From assembly GCF_020745735.1 (NCBI RefSeq), contig NC_083409.1, positions 19,364,341 through 19,428,340 on the forward strand: a DNA stretch of 64,000 bases, in the 5' to 3' direction. The notes beneath the pieces are model-generated. The model was not told where the DNA came from, did no database searches, and saw only the letters and a list, made by a program, of their open reading frames with translations. Positions 62,101 through 64,000 of this stretch are shown one piece after another (position 1 is the first letter of the stretch; each line of letters starts with the position of its first letter). Position numbers and translations under genes: made by a program. Origin of the DNA: Hemiscyllium ocellatum. Lineage: Eukaryota.

Positions 62101-64000
62101 TGTTCTGTAAACTCATAAAAATAGATAAATCCCCAGGACCTGATCAGCTCCATCCCAATACTTTGTGGGAAGCTTGGGAAGAGACAGTGATGCCCCTTGT
62201 GGAGATGTTTGTATCATCAACAGCCACGGGTGATGTGCTGGAAGACTGGGGTGTGTCTAATGTTGAGCTGTTATTTAATAAGGTCTGCAAGGAATACCCA
62301 GGGAATTATAGAGCAGTGAGTCTGATTGTGGTAAGTTGTTGGAGGGGAATTTGACAGACAGGATCTAAATGCATTTGGAAAGACAAGAATTGATTAGAGA
62401 TAGTCCACATGGCTTTGTCAGTGGGAAAATGTGCCTTACAAAGTTTTTTGAGGACATGACCAATAAGATAGCTGAGGGAAGAGTGGTAGATATTGTCTAC
62501 ATGGACTTTAGCAAGGCCTTTGACAATTTCCTGCATGGACATCTGGTTAGTAAGTTAGATCAAATGGGATCCAGGGACAGCAAGTTCATTAATACAAAAT
62601 TGGCTTGATGGTTGGAGACAGAGTGTGGTGGTAGAGGGTTGCTGTTCAGACTGGAAGCCTGTGACAAGCGAAAGGATTGCTTCTGGGTTCATCATTGTTC
62701 ATCATTTATAGAAACAAATTGAATGAGAATATAGGAAGCATAGTTTGTGAGTTTGAAGATGACACCAAAATTGACGGTTTCATGGTCAGTGAAGAAGGCT
62801 ATTTGAGAGTACATTTACATTATGCATTGAGATAATAGCAAGCTGTTGCATTTTGATACAAAAACCAGGCCAGGGCTTACACAGTTAATTGTGGGGCCAT
62901 GGGGAGTGTTGTCAAACAGGGAGACCAAGGGGTGGACGCACATAGAGGATTGAAACTGGTGTCACGTGTAGACAGGGTGGTGAAGAAAGTATTTGGTACA
63001 CTTGCCTTCATCGGGTATGGGAGTTGGGACATTATGTTACCGCTCCCCAAGATGTTGGTCTGGTCATGTTTCCAATCACCCTGCTATTGGAAGAATAGCA
63101 TTCAACTGGAAAGTGTGTAAAAAGGATGACAAGGATGCCACCAAGACTGGAGGGTTTGAGTTATAAGGAGAGGCTGGTTAGGCAGGGCTACTTTCCTTGG
63201 AAGCTCAGAAGCTGCAGGGTGACATTTTAGAGATTTATAAAATCATAATGGGTATGAATAAGGAGACTAGCTCAGGTCTTTTCCCCAAGGGAGGTTAGTG
63301 CAAACCTAGTGGGCAGAGGTTTAAAGTGAGAGAGGAAAGATTCAAAAGGGACCTGAGGTATTCCTCTTTCAGGCAGAGAGTGGTATTGAATGAACTGCCA
63401 GAGGAAGTCAGAGAGGCGAGTATGATTAAAACATTTAAAAGACATTTGAACAGGTACATGGGAAGAGAAAAGGGATAGGAAATGAGCCAAATGCAGGCAA
63501 ATGGGACTACGGGGAAATAGAAAAGATATATATTTCACAAAGGAAGTGAATATGTTGCAGATGGCGTGAAAGAAAATTCCCATGGAAGGTTCAGGGATGA
63601 GGAACGTCAGTTATGAAAATATATTGGAGAAGTTCAGACTGTCTTCCTTGGAGAAGAGAAGGCTGAGAGGAGATTTGTTTGAGGAATTCAACATCAGGAG
63701 GGGTCTGGACAGAGTAAACAGGGAGAAAATGTTCCCTCTCATCAAAGGATTGAGAGCGAGAGCCATAGATTGAAAGTAATTGTTAGAAGAAGCAGAAGTG
63801 AGACAAGGAAAAACATTTTCATGAAGCAAGTGGCTAAGGTGTGGAATGCACTGCCTGAGAGTGTGGTGGAGGCAGCTTCAATTGAAACATTCCGAAGGGA
63901 ATGAGAATGTTATTTGAAAAGGAACAATGTGCAGGGTGACAGGGAGAAGGCAGGAGAATGACACTCCGTGAATTGCTCATTCAGAGAGCTGTTCCAGACA
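56200..64000 (+). mobile_element. CR1-dominated upstream (J-C intron-like) region of cluster 3
   Basis: RT ORFs 58059-58547 and 62369-62608, ORF1 60339-61062; collinear with ~18.3-20.2 kb and (inverted) ~27.3-30.4 kb. Confidence 0.85.

Noticed and set aside
1-64000. Most of the 60-230 aa ORFs in the supplied track; CRISPR, rRNA and tRNA genes
   Set aside because: The ORFs are CR1/L1/SINE fragments or their antisense frames. tRNA-like A/B boxes belong to HE1 SINE heads. No prokaryotic-type features were seen.

Overview
Repeat-rich cartilaginous-fish (shark-type) genomic DNA, probably from a carpet shark; HE1-type SINEs and CR1/HER1-type LINEs are abundant. It contains an immunoglobulin kappa (type III / NS4-like) light-chain cluster locus: one V segment truncated in FR3 (23456-23882, +) and three C exons. 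C1 (16282-16610, -) has one nonsense codon, C2 (32155-32265, +) is truncated by a ~1 kb deletion, and C3 (55428-55756, -) is intact. I found no J segment or RSS. About 1.17-53.17 kb is a large imperfect inverted duplication (arm A ~1165-20180, arm B ~28810-53172) around the V-containing spacer. Each arm also carries remnants of an RNase L (2-5A-dependent ribonuclease) gene lying tail-to-tail with the kappa C exon. The terminal coding exon is intact in both arms (11030-11150 +, 38315-38435 -). A KEN/RNase-domain exon with two single-base lesions survives only in arm B (44180-44299 -). Neither is labelled by the ORF track. Short Penelope-type terminal repeats carry about ten minimal type I hammerhead ribozyme motifs, one of which (8540-8575) looks intact. 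Homology calls are from recalled sequences and by-eye alignment; repeat boundaries are approximate.
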